Origin: a virus
Taxonomy: Duplodnaviria > Caudoviricetes
DNA: 60,365 bases
Virus record (IMG/VR): IMGVR_UViG_3300032319_000867
Coordinates: 1 to 60,365 of that record
Strand: one strand, 5' to 3'
Below the pieces are notes generated by a model. It saw only the letters and a program-made list of their open reading frames with translations. It searched no databases and was not told where the DNA came from. Positions 1-9,884 of this stretch are shown in pieces. The position numbers and the translations under genes are program-made. The first letter of the stretch is position 1. Each line of letters starts with the position of its first letter.

Positions 1-251
1 CTTACTTGCATAAGCGGTACAGAAGTGTTGCTAAACCATTCTCTTGCAGAAAGATAGCCAAGAGGAGTTCTTGTACTAACCCCACCAAACACTGACACAT
101 ATTGTGTTAATGTTGTTGCCATTGTAGGAACAAATGCTGGCCCTTGAACCGTTGGTGAAATTACACAAGCTGGTACGCCAGTTGGCGTTCTCACTGTTGG
201 TTGGCTGATATTAAATTCTCTTGCTTCTACTCCGGGGCTTAATAGTGCCAT
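1..251 (-). CDS. Tail sheath protein, second paralogue (N-terminal part; runs off window)
   Basis: ATG at 251 with GGAG RBS; translates MALLSPGVEAREFNISQPTVRTPTGVPACVISPTVQGPAFVPT..., the typical sheath N-terminus (SPGV..RE, GPAF.P) also seen in 1347..4463. Confidence 0.85.
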   Translation of the reverse strand, partial: MALLSPGVEAREFNISQPTVRTPTGVPACVISPTVQGPAFVPTMATTLTQYVSVFGGVSTRTPLGYLSAREWFSNTSVPLMQV

Positions 252-301
252 GTTTTATTCTCCATAAATTTATATGTTACCGATAAATAGAAGGTTTAAA
301 G

Positions 302-329
302 AAAACTGCCGCTGTTAGTCGGCAGTTTT
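302..329 (-). terminator. Intrinsic terminator hairpin
   Basis: aaaactgccg-N8-cggcagtttt inverted repeat downstream of the GIY-YIG gene. Confidence 0.7.
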
Positions 330-362
330 ATTTCAGTTGATTAACTGTAGAGAGGGGGCATT

Positions 363-1295
363 TTATAAACTGTTATCTGGCAAATGCCAGCCTTTATGAC
401 TCTTGCGTTTACCTAATAAAACCTTGTTTAAGTTGCCCTGTTGCAGATCATGAACTCGACAAAACTCCCAAACATTACGACTACGATATACTGTTCCATC
501 CGGTGAAACTATCTCAAACTCTTTGCCTTTTTGATGCTCAACCGCCGAATAAGGAACACCAACAAGTGTCTCGTCATACAATCTCCAACCATGAGCTTGA
601 TACACTTCACCGCTGAATACTGGCATCATTGATTGTTTTACCAAGCCATGCTCCACGCAAAAACGATTGAGATTGGTAATGTCATATACCTCACCTGTAG
701 GTGATATAATCTTACCCCAGTATTTTGCTAACTGCTCTCCAACCTTACGTTTAGATTCCTTTGTATGACAAGTTCGATGAAATTTATCTAGCATTTCTGG
801 AGAAGAAGCTATAGCCTTCATCTTCTCTATATGCTCTGGACGTTGCCAAATAGCTTTAGAGATATCAGACTGTTTTTGCCTTGTCTCAGGGTTTTCGTAT
901 CTTTTTCTCTGTGCTTCCGATTGTTTTCGTCTTGTTTTCTCTGGATCTTTGCTTGGATAACCTTCCCGTGAGATAGCTTTGCTGCAAAGGTTATAACACA
1001 TATCACCAGAGTCATAATATTGTTTGATATATTCCTCTTCAACCAGCAAACGCTCTTCTTTGGTTTTTCCTTCGGTAACTTCGATTACCTCAAACACGAA
1101 AGCTTCTTCACCAGATTTATTATAATCTGCTTGTAAAAACTTATTACTATGTTTTTGGTTGCGTAACGAAGAAGTATGTTGGCTCCAACGAACTTTGAAA
1201 AGTTTCGCAGAACCAACATATATCCTACCATTTACCTTGTTTGTGATTTTATAGATTCCAGATTTGAGTGAATGACCTTCGTACTTATATTCCAT
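363..1295 (-). CDS. Free-standing GIY-YIG homing endonuclease
   Basis: SGIYKITN..GRIYVGSA..R..H motif; basic helical repeats; two C-terminal SP.G.VY...NL..FC..H.L......GW DNA-binding repeats. Confidence 0.9.
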   Translation of the reverse strand: MEYKYEGHSLKSGIYKITNKVNGRIYVGSAKLFKVRWSQHTSSLRNQKHSNKFLQADYNKSGEEAFVFEVIEVTEGKTKEERLLVEEEYIKQYYDSGDMCYNLCSKAISREGYPSKDPEKTRRKQSEAQRKRYENPETRQKQSDISKAIWQRPEHIEKMKAIASSPEMLDKFHRTCHTKESKRKVGEQLAKYWGKIISPTGEVYDITNLNRFCVEHGLVKQSMMPVFSGEVYQAHGWRLYDETLVGVPYSAVEHQKGKEFEIVSPDGTVYRSRNVWEFCRVHDLQQGNLNKVLLGKRKSHKGWHLPDNSL

Positions 1296-1343
1296 AAAAC
1301 GTTACCTCTACTATTAGTATATAGCAAAGAGGTAACGTTTTAT
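1294..1343 (-). promoter_or_regulatory. RBS/start-sequestering hairpin upstream of GIY-YIG gene
   Basis: Perfect 16-bp inverted repeat ataaaacgttacctct (1294-1309) / agaggtaacgttttat (1328-1343) covering the GAGGT RBS and part of the ATG. Confidence 0.75.
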
Positions 1344-1346
1344 AAA

Positions 1347-4300
1347 CTAGATACTAACCCCGGACGGTAAAACAACGAAATCCATAACAATGTATTCAAC
1401 TGCTCTTGTTGGAAGCACTCGAATTTGTGCATTCATACGGTTGCTGTTCACATCTTCAGTTGTATTGTTGCGTTCATCGCAGATAATTGCAAACTGTTCA
1501 ATACCTTGTTGTGATTGAACGGTTGCAAGCACCAAACTTGCTTCATTGATGAAACGTGTACGAAGAGCTGGTGTGTTTTGTTCAAACAACAAACGGTTAC
1601 CAATTGCAACAATTTGACGTTTGATTTCAAGTACCATGCGTTTGACGTTAATGCTTTCCAAAGCATCTGATGCAAGTTGCAATGTGTTTTGTGAGAAAAA
1701 CACATAGTTTGCACCGGGGAATTTGACAATTGGGTTGATGTTTGCATCATACATTGTGTTACGATCTGTTTGATTAAGTCTGATTGCAGTGTTAATAACA
1801 AAGTTCAAACTTCCACGATCAAATCCTGCTGGTGCAAACCAAGGGAACTTAACACGGTCGTTGTAAGACAATGCAGATACCGCAGCAACTGATGCAGGAA
1901 CAGTTACTCTACGTCCATTAATTGTATCATCTATAACAATGCTTGGGAAATAAGCAGCACCAGCATTGTTATCTAATGCACGGTTAATAAATGCATTTGC
2001 TGTTTTGTTGATGGAAATAAATCTATTTGATTCACCATCAAAAATTCGCACATCATCTTTGTCATATGGTTGAATGTCAAGAAGATAAAAACTCAAACCA
2101 TATGCTACGTTTTTTTCTAGTGCGTAATTTGTAACTAATGGATCACGTTGACCGGGAACCGCCAAAATGTTGTTGTTCGCAATACTTGTGTTTGTTGCAA
2201 TATCAAGTGCTGTGCGATAAGCAATAACGTTTTGGTTTGACGAACCAACGCCAGTATAGTTGGTTGCTGTTGGAGCACCGGGAGATACATAGCTTGCGTT
2301 AGCAAGACCATAAACTCCACCTGCACCAACTTCGGTTGAAGTTGATTGATCTGTAAAACGAGATGCTTGTTTGTCAAAAATATTCACACCATCCCAACCA
2401 CCTTGCATAAATGTTGTAAATTTAGCGTAATTTGAGAAGTTGTTAAATGTTGTTGCTGAACTGCTGTTTAACAAACTTGCAAGTGTAATACGGTTGCTGA
2501 AGTTTGAAGCAACATAAGTTGCTGGATCAACTGTTGCGTTGCGGAGATATGCAGCATCACGCATAAGTGCTGCTGGTGTGCTGGAATTAACTGCTGAAAT
2601 TGTTGTTACATTCAAAGCAACTTTAGCAAGAGAAAATTTATTGTTGTTTAACAAATCATTTGCAGATCCTGTTGTAAGCACTTCCATTTTTTGAATGCCA
2701 GAAAACTTAGCAACGTTTTCAACAATTTGGTTTATTTCAGTGTTTACGTTAACGTTCAACACGTTGTTATTGTTACGTTCAAATTTAACACCCCAATAAA
2801 GTCTTCCATCAAGCACTGTTTGTGAACTTGGAGCACCAAACACTGTACCAGATGCAGTCAATGGGTTACGGGTTATTGTAAAACGATATGGAACAGGTGG
2901 AACAATTGAACCAGAAAGAGTTGAGCCAAAAGAACCTGTATTAGCCCCTGTAATCCTTGTTTGGTTTAAGGCTACTGAACCAGTTTGGTCAGTTAAAGCT
3001 ACGTTTGTTAACAGTATTTGGTGACCACGGAAACCGAATGGAAGAGCTTGGGAGGGTACTTCTCCAGCATCTAGTTGAGTGCTTGGAATAACACGAATAA
3101 ACTTGCTTTTGTTCCCATATTTTCCTTGAATTACAAGGTTGCGGTCATCAGCTTCAATAGCGTCAAAATTAAAGCTTGTACGCTTGTCACCAATGGCTTT
3201 TATAATGTAATTGTCACTATTTGGATCAAATGATAGATTATTGAATGATTCAAGAATTTGTGGTTCAGCATCACTGTCATTAAATACTCTTACTTGAAGA
3301 GTAAATGATCCATAGCTGTTGTTTGGATTTGTTGATGCTTGCAAGTTTGCAATACTAACTTTATATTTGTTATTTGCGAATGCACCATCATCACGGCTTT
3401 CTACTTGGAACAAGTCATATTCAATACCACCAAAAGGCTGTGAAATAAAGAATGGTGTTTTTGGTGTTGTGTAACGTGTATCAAATCTACCAAATGCTCT
3501 ACCAAAATCAATACCTACTGAGTTGGTATTCGCTGCACCAGAAAGAACAGCAACAGTATTAACCCCAAAACTTGCAGAAAGAGTTGCAACTTCTGCATCT
3601 ACAGGATAATGGATATAAAGAAGATGTTTTGTTGATTCAAAGCTTTCTGGATTTGTGTTCAACATTTTTCCAACATACTTGTCGGATGTTGGATCAAGAG
3701 AAGCAGAATAAATTTTTAATCCAGCAAACCCATCATCTGAAGCAAAAGAACTACCAGCAGATGAAGAAACCACAAGTTTAAACAACCCTTGCATATTTCC
3801 TGCTTGTGAAGTTCCAACTGCTGCGGCTTCATAAGTACCATTACCAGCAGCAACGGCTGTAGGATCATACACCCCACCAGAATCAACGGCTCCGCTCAAC
3901 ACAAGAATTCTAGTGTCTGGTGTTGTAAACAACACAGCACGAACAAGATTTACCGAATCATTATCTGCTGTGAAACCATTTACAGTATAGCTATCATTAT
4001 TTGTAAACATTGGATAGCCAAACACTTCATTGTTCTGAACAAAGTGTTTTGCAACAAGAAATTGTACACGACCTTGTAATGCACCAGAAGCAAACACTGT
4101 ACCATTACCAACAACTTGCATACCAGCATTAACAACTGTACCGTTGGTTTCAGTTTGTGAAATATCAACAGAGCTACTATTAGCTCCTGCTCCAAGAACA
4201 CGAATAAAGTTACAAGAAGCTACTTCACTACCTTTGGCTTCAAAAAATTTTTGTACAGCGTATGTTCCTACATACTTTGAATTAACATCACCAAATTTAT

Positions 4301-4463
4301 CACTAAAATCAGTGTAACTGCCAATAGTAATTGGTGTAAAGGCTGGGCCTCTTTCAGAAGGACCAATAACTGTTGCTGGTGTTCCACCAACAGGAATTGT
4401 ACGTTGAGTTAAATCGAACTCTCTATCAAAATAGTTCGGCGCTTTTAAAACGGTTTCTGGCAT
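1347..4463 (-). CDS. Contractile tail sheath protein
   Basis: N-terminal P..F.REFD/GPAFTP; C-terminal PWFAPAGFDRG, INPIVKFPG, INVKRM, FEQN, CDERNNT, PTRAVEYI sheath motifs. Confidence 0.95.
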   Translation of the reverse strand: MPETVLKAPNYFDREFDLTQRTIPVGGTPATVIGPSERGPAFTPITIGSYTDFSDKFGDVNSKYVGTYAVQKFFEAKGSEVASCNFIRVLGAGANSSSVDISQTETNGTVVNAGMQVVGNGTVFASGALQGRVQFLVAKHFVQNNEVFGYPMFTNNDSYTVNGFTADNDSVNLVRAVLFTTPDTRILVLSGAVDSGGVYDPTAVAAGNGTYEAAAVGTSQAGNMQGLFKLVVSSSAGSSFASDDGFAGLKIYSASLDPTSDKYVGKMLNTNPESFESTKHLLYIHYPVDAEVATLSASFGVNTVAVLSGAANTNSVGIDFGRAFGRFDTRYTTPKTPFFISQPFGGIEYDLFQVESRDDGAFANNKYKVSIANLQASTNPNNSYGSFTLQVRVFNDSDAEPQILESFNNLSFDPNSDNYIIKAIGDKRTSFNFDAIEADDRNLVIQGKYGNKSKFIRVIPSTQLDAGEVPSQALPFGFRGHQILLTNVALTDQTGSVALNQTRITGANTGSFGSTLSGSIVPPVPYRFTITRNPLTASGTVFGAPSSQTVLDGRLYWGVKFERNNNNVLNVNVNTEINQIVENVAKFSGIQKMEVLTTGSANDLLNNNKFSLAKVALNVTTISAVNSSTPAALMRDAAYLRNATVDPATYVASNFSNRITLASLLNSSSATTFNNFSNYAKFTTFMQGGWDGVNIFDKQASRFTDQSTSTEVGAGGVYGLANASYVSPGAPTATNYTGVGSSNQNVIAYRTALDIATNTSIANNNILAVPGQRDPLVTNYALEKNVAYGLSFYLLDIQPYDKDDVRIFDGESNRFISINKTANAFINRALDNNAGAAYFPSIVIDDTINGRRVTVPASVAAVSALSYNDRVKFPWFAPAGFDRGSLNFVINTAIRLNQTDRNTMYDANINPIVKFPGANYVFFSQNTLQLASDALESINVKRMVLEIKRQIVAIGNRLLFEQNTPALRTRFINEASLVLATVQSQQGIEQFAIICDERNNTTEDVNSNRMNAQIRVLPTRAVEYIVMDFVVLPSGVSI

Positions 4464-4531
4464 GATTTTTCCTCACTTTTATTTTTTTAATCGTTTGGTT
4501 AATAAATAGCGATAGAAAACCGTATTACCTT

Positions 4532-5743
4532 TTAACCCTTGTTATCAATGAAAAAATCGTATAAAGCTTGTTGATCTGAAGCTGTGTATACTGTTTCTCC
4601 TTGTTTTTGATTGTATGCCATTTGCTTGACATACTTTGTTTGTGTTGTTTGTGTTGTTGGATCTTTATATGTTTTTTCAAACAGTATTTTTTCTTGTTCG
4701 GTTGGTTTTTGTGCTGTTAAAGGATTTTCTTCAATATCTGTTAACACAAAAGGATTGGTAAGAGTTGGATCAATTTTTGTACCTTCATATTGTTTGATGT
4801 CATTTTCATTATAAACGTTACCTTGAGCAACATATGTTTCAAATGAAATGTTAATATTCGACAAATAACGTTTGAATGGAACTCTTTGACCGGGACCAGA
4901 AGGAGCCAAAATATAACCTCTTACAGTCATGTTAAAACTATATTTGGTTAATCTTTCGGCGTCAGTAATATCATCATAATTGTCTTGAGCATTTAATCCA
5001 GAATCAACAGTTGCTGCAAACCAATAACCTTTTTCTGTTTTTAAATAAAAACCTTTGCCGGGAGCAATTTGATTTGCTAGAATTGTTTCTAACATGTAGT
5101 TCATATGTTGTGTATAATTTGACCACAACGAAATTTCATATGTTGCTGTATAAAATTGTGGAAAAGGAATTGCTATGATTTCATAAATGTGATCTGCACG
5201 CAATTCTTTTGCTTTGTTATCCAATAACATTCCTTCTTTTATTGAAGGTAAGTTTTGATCTTCGCCTTTACTTTCACGTAAAGTATCTGGTGGCACAGGA
5301 ACATTTGGTAAAAGTAAACGATTCAACAAAGATTGATAATCTTTATCTGATTCATCAAGTCTACGTTTAACTGTTAGCTCACCGGGGAATACATCGCCAT
5401 TTTGCTGCTCGATACCAGTTCTACGAATAGAAATTGCTGGAAGCAATAATGCGCCTGTTCTAACGTCTCTAAAAGGTTTTAAACGCTTTGCAAGAGCAAA
5501 CCTTTCTCCAGTTGCTAAAATAACAAATGGTTTTTTAATGTTTACTTCTTTTTCGTAGTTGGAAACACCTTGATATGTTCTGAATGATATATCTTTATCA
5601 AACAAAGCATGTACAGCACCATCTACGTCTTCAATTCCACAAGGAGGAATGTAAAACTTAGAAGGATCATTGTTCGCAAGATCATACCCTGTAGGTATTT
5701 GTTCTTTACCTTCAATAACAGGAACGTTTAATCGTGTTGTCAT
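4532..5743 (-). CDS. Putative tail completion/terminator protein (T4 gp15-like)
   Basis: IEDVD.AV, GERF, LPAISIRRTG motifs; position between neck and sheath genes. Confidence 0.55.
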   Translation of the reverse strand: MTTRLNVPVIEGKEQIPTGYDLANNDPSKFYIPPCGIEDVDGAVHALFDKDISFRTYQGVSNYEKEVNIKKPFVILATGERFALAKRLKPFRDVRTGALLLPAISIRRTGIEQQNGDVFPGELTVKRRLDESDKDYQSLLNRLLLPNVPVPPDTLRESKGEDQNLPSIKEGMLLDNKAKELRADHIYEIIAIPFPQFYTATYEISLWSNYTQHMNYMLETILANQIAPGKGFYLKTEKGYWFAATVDSGLNAQDNYDDITDAERLTKYSFNMTVRGYILAPSGPGQRVPFKRYLSNINISFETYVAQGNVYNENDIKQYEGTKIDPTLTNPFVLTDIEENPLTAQKPTEQEKILFEKTYKDPTTQTTQTKYVKQMAYNQKQGETVYTASDQQALYDFFIDNKG

Positions 5744-5762
5744 ACTTTATAAGTATCCAACA

Positions 5763-6485
5763 CTATTCATCATATATTCCTTTTTTCGGAGGCAAAGGAT
5801 CATTGTTAAACGAACTTGCTTTATCTCCTTCGATAAAGTCTCCGTTTTCATCAACATTTGGTTCAACACGTTTAGCTCCTGTACCCAAAGCAATTGGAGC
5901 CATATATTCATTCAAACGTTCACGCATCTCACGAACATCACCTGTAGCTTCTCCTTCATTTGTTATTGGCAAGCCACGTTGTTGTTCAAATACTTTTTCA
6001 ACATCTTCCGGTGCAAGACGAGGAATTGGTAGATTTGGTACGGTCAATTGACCAATTCTTGCATTTCTGGCTGTTAACTTCCAAGCTGTGTTATATTCAG
6101 CAAGACCAAAGATATTTTTTCCTGCATTTACCACAGTTAAAATTTCATACAAGGTATCATCATAAGAAAAGAAATCACCTTCAGATGGAACAATCTTTTT
6201 ATCTTGCATATCTTTGTATTGAATAAACAATTCTATTTTAGCTTCGATATCTGAACCAAATCCTGTTGTTTTGCTTGAATACTCTGGCATACCAACAAGT
6301 GCTGGAATATTTATTGGGTTTTCAAAAATCTTTTCAATTGATTCGTTATATAACGTGTTCAACTTACTTTTGATTGGAGACACAGGGAAATATTGAATTG
6401 CTTGGCCTACAACATCTTTTACAAATTCTTTCGTCAAGTCATTGATAAATTGAATTTCTCTTTGACCTATGAATAATCTTGCCAT
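5763..6485 (-). CDS. Putative neck/head-closure protein (T4 gp14-like)
   Basis: MARLF..., LYNE, P.EGDFF.Y....YEI motifs; synteny. Start placed at ATG 6485 because the N-terminus matches the stub at 7505-7555. Confidence 0.65.
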   Translation of the reverse strand: MARLFIGQREIQFINDLTKEFVKDVVGQAIQYFPVSPIKSKLNTLYNESIEKIFENPINIPALVGMPEYSSKTTGFGSDIEAKIELFIQYKDMQDKKIVPSEGDFFSYDDTLYEILTVVNAGKNIFGLAEYNTAWKLTARNARIGQLTVPNLPIPRLAPEDVEKVFEQQRGLPITNEGEATGDVREMRERLNEYMAPIALGTGAKRVEPNVDENGDFIEGDKASSFNNDPLPPKKGIYDE

Positions 6486-6615
6486 GAAGATAAATATGTA
6501 GTTCAACTAGTTTTGCAAATCTCTTTATTTTAAGCCAGTTTTAATATCCGATCATGAGCGAATTAAAAACCGTAAGGGTCAGCATATTTAAAAATGAAAG
6601 GCTAGGGGTCAGCAA

Positions 6616-7515
6616 ATGGAGCACGGAAAACTGAATTGGTATTTTGATTATACGTTTAATGGCAAACAACATTCTAGAACACGGAACGTTATATACAAAA
6701 TTGAAAACACATTATCAGGCAAATTATATATTGGACAAACAAAACGTATGCTTTTCGAACGATGGAGGGATTATAAGTACGGTCTTCTTAGACCTATACA
6801 GGTAAAGAAAAGATCGGGAGCAAATATTAAACTCAAACGCTCTGTACAATATTATTTTAAACAAATCGGCAACGTTGAATTTTTACGTTTTTCAATCGTG
6901 GAAATAGTGGATTGTAGCAATGTTGATCCAAGATCGTTAGAAGATTTTTTAGGGGAAAAAGAACGATATCATATTAAAGAACTTCGAAAAAAACATGGGA
7001 ATATGGTTTGTAACGTACTCGACGGTGGAACAGTACGAGTGTTTAATGATAATGGGAAACAAAACATAAGCGAAGCCAAAAAGCGTTTCTACCAAACCGA
7101 AAAAGGAGAAGCACTTAAAGAAAAACTTCGCAATATCCAAACCGGACATACTATTTCGGAAGAAACTAGAAAAAAACTCTCTGAGTCTCATAAAGGATTG
7201 TTAGCAGGAGATAAACATCCTTTGTTTGGTAAGACAGGAGAACTTAGCTCAACTTATGGAATGAAACACAAACAAGAATCAATAAGAAAAATGAAACAAA
7301 ACAGAAAAGGTAAGTGCAGCGGAATGGATAATCACAATGCCAAAATTTACGACTTATCTGATAGACCTCTCGTTTCTAATACTGGCGAGTTATATAGGCA
7401 AATTGTATGTCTCAGTGCCTTTTGCAAATTACATGCCCTACATCCCACTCATCTCAGAAATGTAATCAGTGGCAAAAACAAATCGCACAAAGGTTGGAAG
7501 CTGGAAGATCATTGA
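6616..7515 (+). CDS. Free-standing GIY-YIG homing endonuclease, antisense to the structural operon
   Basis: VIYKIEN..SGKLYIGQT..R motif; NUMOD3-like ISEETRKKLSESHKG..HPLFGK repeats; C-terminal HKGW repeat. Confidence 0.9.
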   Translation: MEHGKLNWYFDYTFNGKQHSRTRNVIYKIENTLSGKLYIGQTKRMLFERWRDYKYGLLRPIQVKKRSGANIKLKRSVQYYFKQIGNVEFLRFSIVEIVDCSNVDPRSLEDFLGEKERYHIKELRKKHGNMVCNVLDGGTVRVFNDNGKQNISEAKKRFYQTEKGEALKEKLRNIQTGHTISEETRKKLSESHKGLLAGDKHPLFGKTGELSSTYGMKHKQESIRKMKQNRKGKCSGMDNHNAKIYDLSDRPLVSNTGELYRQIVCLSAFCKLHALHPTHLRNVISGKNKSHKGWKLEDH

Positions 7516-7555
7516 TGAACTGTACTTCCCTTAAACCTATGAATAATCTTGCCAT
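7505..7555 (-). pseudogene. Orphaned 5' stub of the neck gene
   Basis: Encodes MARLFIGLREVQFINDL versus MARLFIGQREIQFINDL at 6485; first 21 nt identical; preceded by AGGATA RBS-like sequence. Confidence 0.85.
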
Positions 7556-7594
7556 TGTTTATCCTATTAATGTAAAGAGGGCAGGTTTTAAAAA

Positions 7595-8854
7595 CTAGAA
7601 TATACCAATTGCATATTTTGGAGGCATCGGTATAAATGCAAGTTGTTTAACCATGTTTTCTGCTTTGGAAGCTTCACGTTCAGCAATTTTGTCATAAGTT
7701 AGATTGTCTAAAGTTTCTTTTAAGCCTGTCATAAGCTTTTCTTTATCTTCTTTACCTTGGCTGATTAAATCATCACCATTCAATTGAAGATCAGCACCGG
7801 GAATAGGAAAGCTTTTAAACTTACCACGAATTCTACCAAGCTGGATACAAGACAAGGCCAATGTCATTTGTGCTATCCAGTTTCTACACCACATGTTTAA
7901 TGAGTTGTAATCTAATGGGCCAAAGGGGGCTGTAAAAGGTCCATTAACGCCATAAATTTTATCTTGTTGATATGAGCCAGAAACACCTGATCCTGATGGA
8001 AAATATGCTGAACCGCTATTAATAAGTGTATTTGCAAGCGTTGGAAAAGGTTGTTTTGTAAATCTCACACGCATCCAAATTCGATTATTATAACCGGGAA
8101 CAAGACTATTCGGAGTTGGGTAAATTCTAATGGTACGTCCAACAATCTTATAACTGTAATGTGATCTACGAACACGTTGAGCAGCTTCTAACATACCTGC
8201 TCTTAATACGTCTTCAAACAATGGAAGAACATAAAAGCGGGTATCTGGAATATAACTTTCAACAGGTAATCCTGTTGCTACGAAGTTTGATGCAAGATTT
8301 GAGTTGAACACATATTGAACAGGAGCATTATGAAAAACTTCTACAACTTGCATTGAGCCTACAGATCCAGAAGGTTGTAAATTCCAAACTGGCTGACCTG
8401 TTTCTTTATCAATAGCATCCACAAACAAGTCATAAACTTGTTTGCCAGATTTCATCTCAATATAACAGTTATATGTTTCTTCATCTTGAGAATAACCAAC
8501 AACACCTGCGTATGGGGTTGCTAGGTCCAACAAAAATTCAAGATTTTGTTGAACATACATATTTGTTATGTTAATATTGTTGTTGCCGTTAGCGTCAATA
8601 CTACCAGTTGGTGATCCCATTAAAGAAGCAAGGTTAGAAACATTTTGATATTCAATCATTTTACCGTTAAATTCACGGGTTGCTTCCTCAAAGTTTCCCC
8701 AAATCATTTGTTTGGTTAACTCAACACCAAGTACATCTTCTCCAAGTGCTCGCAACACAAATGTAACCATGTTGTCAGCATCTTGTTGAAATAACTGATA
8801 TTTGTCGTAGAAACCAAATGGTGTAGGATGTAGTGTGGTATTAAATGTACTCAT
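7595..8854 (-). CDS. Putative neck/adaptor protein (T4 gp13-like)
   Basis: LRALG...VELT, LGRIRGKF..IPG...LNGDDL motifs; synteny. Confidence 0.7.
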   Translation of the reverse strand: MSTFNTTLHPTPFGFYDKYQLFQQDADNMVTFVLRALGEDVLGVELTKQMIWGNFEEATREFNGKMIEYQNVSNLASLMGSPTGSIDANGNNNINITNMYVQQNLEFLLDLATPYAGVVGYSQDEETYNCYIEMKSGKQVYDLFVDAIDKETGQPVWNLQPSGSVGSMQVVEVFHNAPVQYVFNSNLASNFVATGLPVESYIPDTRFYVLPLFEDVLRAGMLEAAQRVRRSHYSYKIVGRTIRIYPTPNSLVPGYNNRIWMRVRFTKQPFPTLANTLINSGSAYFPSGSGVSGSYQQDKIYGVNGPFTAPFGPLDYNSLNMWCRNWIAQMTLALSCIQLGRIRGKFKSFPIPGADLQLNGDDLISQGKEDKEKLMTGLKETLDNLTYDKIAEREASKAENMVKQLAFIPMPPKYAIGIF

Positions 8855-8906
8855 CAAATATAATTACAGTTAAACAAACCACTTGTTATTAAAAAGGATT
8901 ATTATT

Positions 8907-9578
8907 GTGAGTAGTTCTCAACTAAAAACAATTATCAAATCCGCTATCTTAGAAATTAAAGATTCAGAAATGAAAAGGTTGGGAAAAATTTCTTCTCATA
9001 CTGGAATTCGTACTTTGCGTGTTTTTGACTTCGATGACACCATCGCAAAAACAAATTCAAAGGTTGGTGTCACTGAATTTAACAAAACCACTAATGAACA
9101 AGTCAAAGACAAGTATCAAATAACTCCAGCAGAATATGCTAAGTTTAAAACTGACATAATACCATTTAATCCAAATGTTCGATATGAATTTGATTATAGC
9201 GAATTTGCAGAAGTGCTTGATCCGCAAATCATTGATTGGACTTTTAATATCTTAAAAAAAGTTGTTGCCAAGCTTCATGAAAGCGATAACTTTCCAGCAG
9301 TTATCTTAACTGCAAGAGGACATAAGGCTAATAAAAACATTCGTAAGTTCTTGGCAAAATATGATATTCATATTCCAGTTGTTACCTTGGACAATTCTGC
9401 TCCAGAATTAAAAAGTAACTGGGTCAAGCACGTTATGCTTGATCGGGATATTCCTCATATTGAGTTTTTTGATGATAGCGTTTTAAATGTTGACGCTGTT
9501 AATAGCTTACAATCTGATTCTGAATTGATTGATAAGTTTGGCGATACTTTACGTATTCGTTCTAGATTAATCAAATAA
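8907..9578 (+). CDS. HAD-superfamily phosphatase (RNA-repair-type HAD domain)
   Basis: FDFDDT (motif I), LTAR (II), K (III), FFDDS (IV); GTG start after AAGGA; N-terminal QLKTIIKSAILE segment. Confidence 0.75.
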   Translation: MSSSQLKTIIKSAILEIKDSEMKRLGKISSHTGIRTLRVFDFDDTIAKTNSKVGVTEFNKTTNEQVKDKYQITPAEYAKFKTDIIPFNPNVRYEFDYSEFAEVLDPQIIDWTFNILKKVVAKLHESDNFPAVILTARGHKANKNIRKFLAKYDIHIPVVTLDNSAPELKSNWVKHVMLDRDIPHIEFFDDSVLNVDAVNSLQSDSELIDKFGDTLRIRSRLIK

Positions 9579-9580
9579 AA

Positions 9581-9609
9581 AAACCGGTTGATGATTCATC
9601 AACCGGTTT
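9581..9609. terminator. Bidirectional terminator between convergent genes
   Basis: aaaccggttgatg-att-catcaaccggttt. Confidence 0.75.
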
Positions 9610-9641
9610 AAAGTTAACCAATAAGTTATGTTAGGTTTATA

Positions 9642-9839
9642 TCAGCGACGGGCTGCAAGACCTTTGCGGTAACCAGCACGGAATGCTTTTGCTACAGCTT
9701 CTTGAAGAGCTGTTTCTTCTACTTCTTCATCTTTTTCTTCATGCATTCCTTCGCCTTCACCATGCATTTTCATTTCTTCCATAGCTTCTTCTGTAGCTTC
9801 ACGAATAAGTGACTTGAGTTGACGGACTGTGATTTTCAT
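9642..9839 (-). CDS. Small acidic protein, putative internal head protein
   Basis: GGAG RBS; MKITVRQLKSLIREA N-terminus shared with 35529..35729 and 58620..59342. Confidence 0.6.
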   Translation of the reverse strand: MKITVRQLKSLIREATEEAMEEMKMHGEGEGMHEEKDEEVEETALQEAVAKAFRAGYRKGLAARR

Positions 9840-9884
9840 TTAAATTCTCCTATGTGTGGCAAACTATAGCCATACTTTAATTAT

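Noticed and set aside
361-1348. 11-bp direct repeat ttttataaact (361-371 and 1338-1348) as a target-site duplication
   Set aside because: Very AT-rich and plausible by chance; homing does not normally create such duplications
6486-7504. Group I intron explanation for the endonuclease insertions here and at 56329-57050
   Set aside because: The endonuclease ORFs leave little room for a ribozyme core, none was recognised, and the downstream genes carry their own duplicated starts, so splicing is unnecessary
1347-8854. Stop-codon recoding (TAG or TGA), as in some jumbo phages
   Set aside because: Long conserved genes are intact in the standard code and end at TAG (sheath, neck) or TGA (capsid, portal, GroEL); no suppressor tRNA seen
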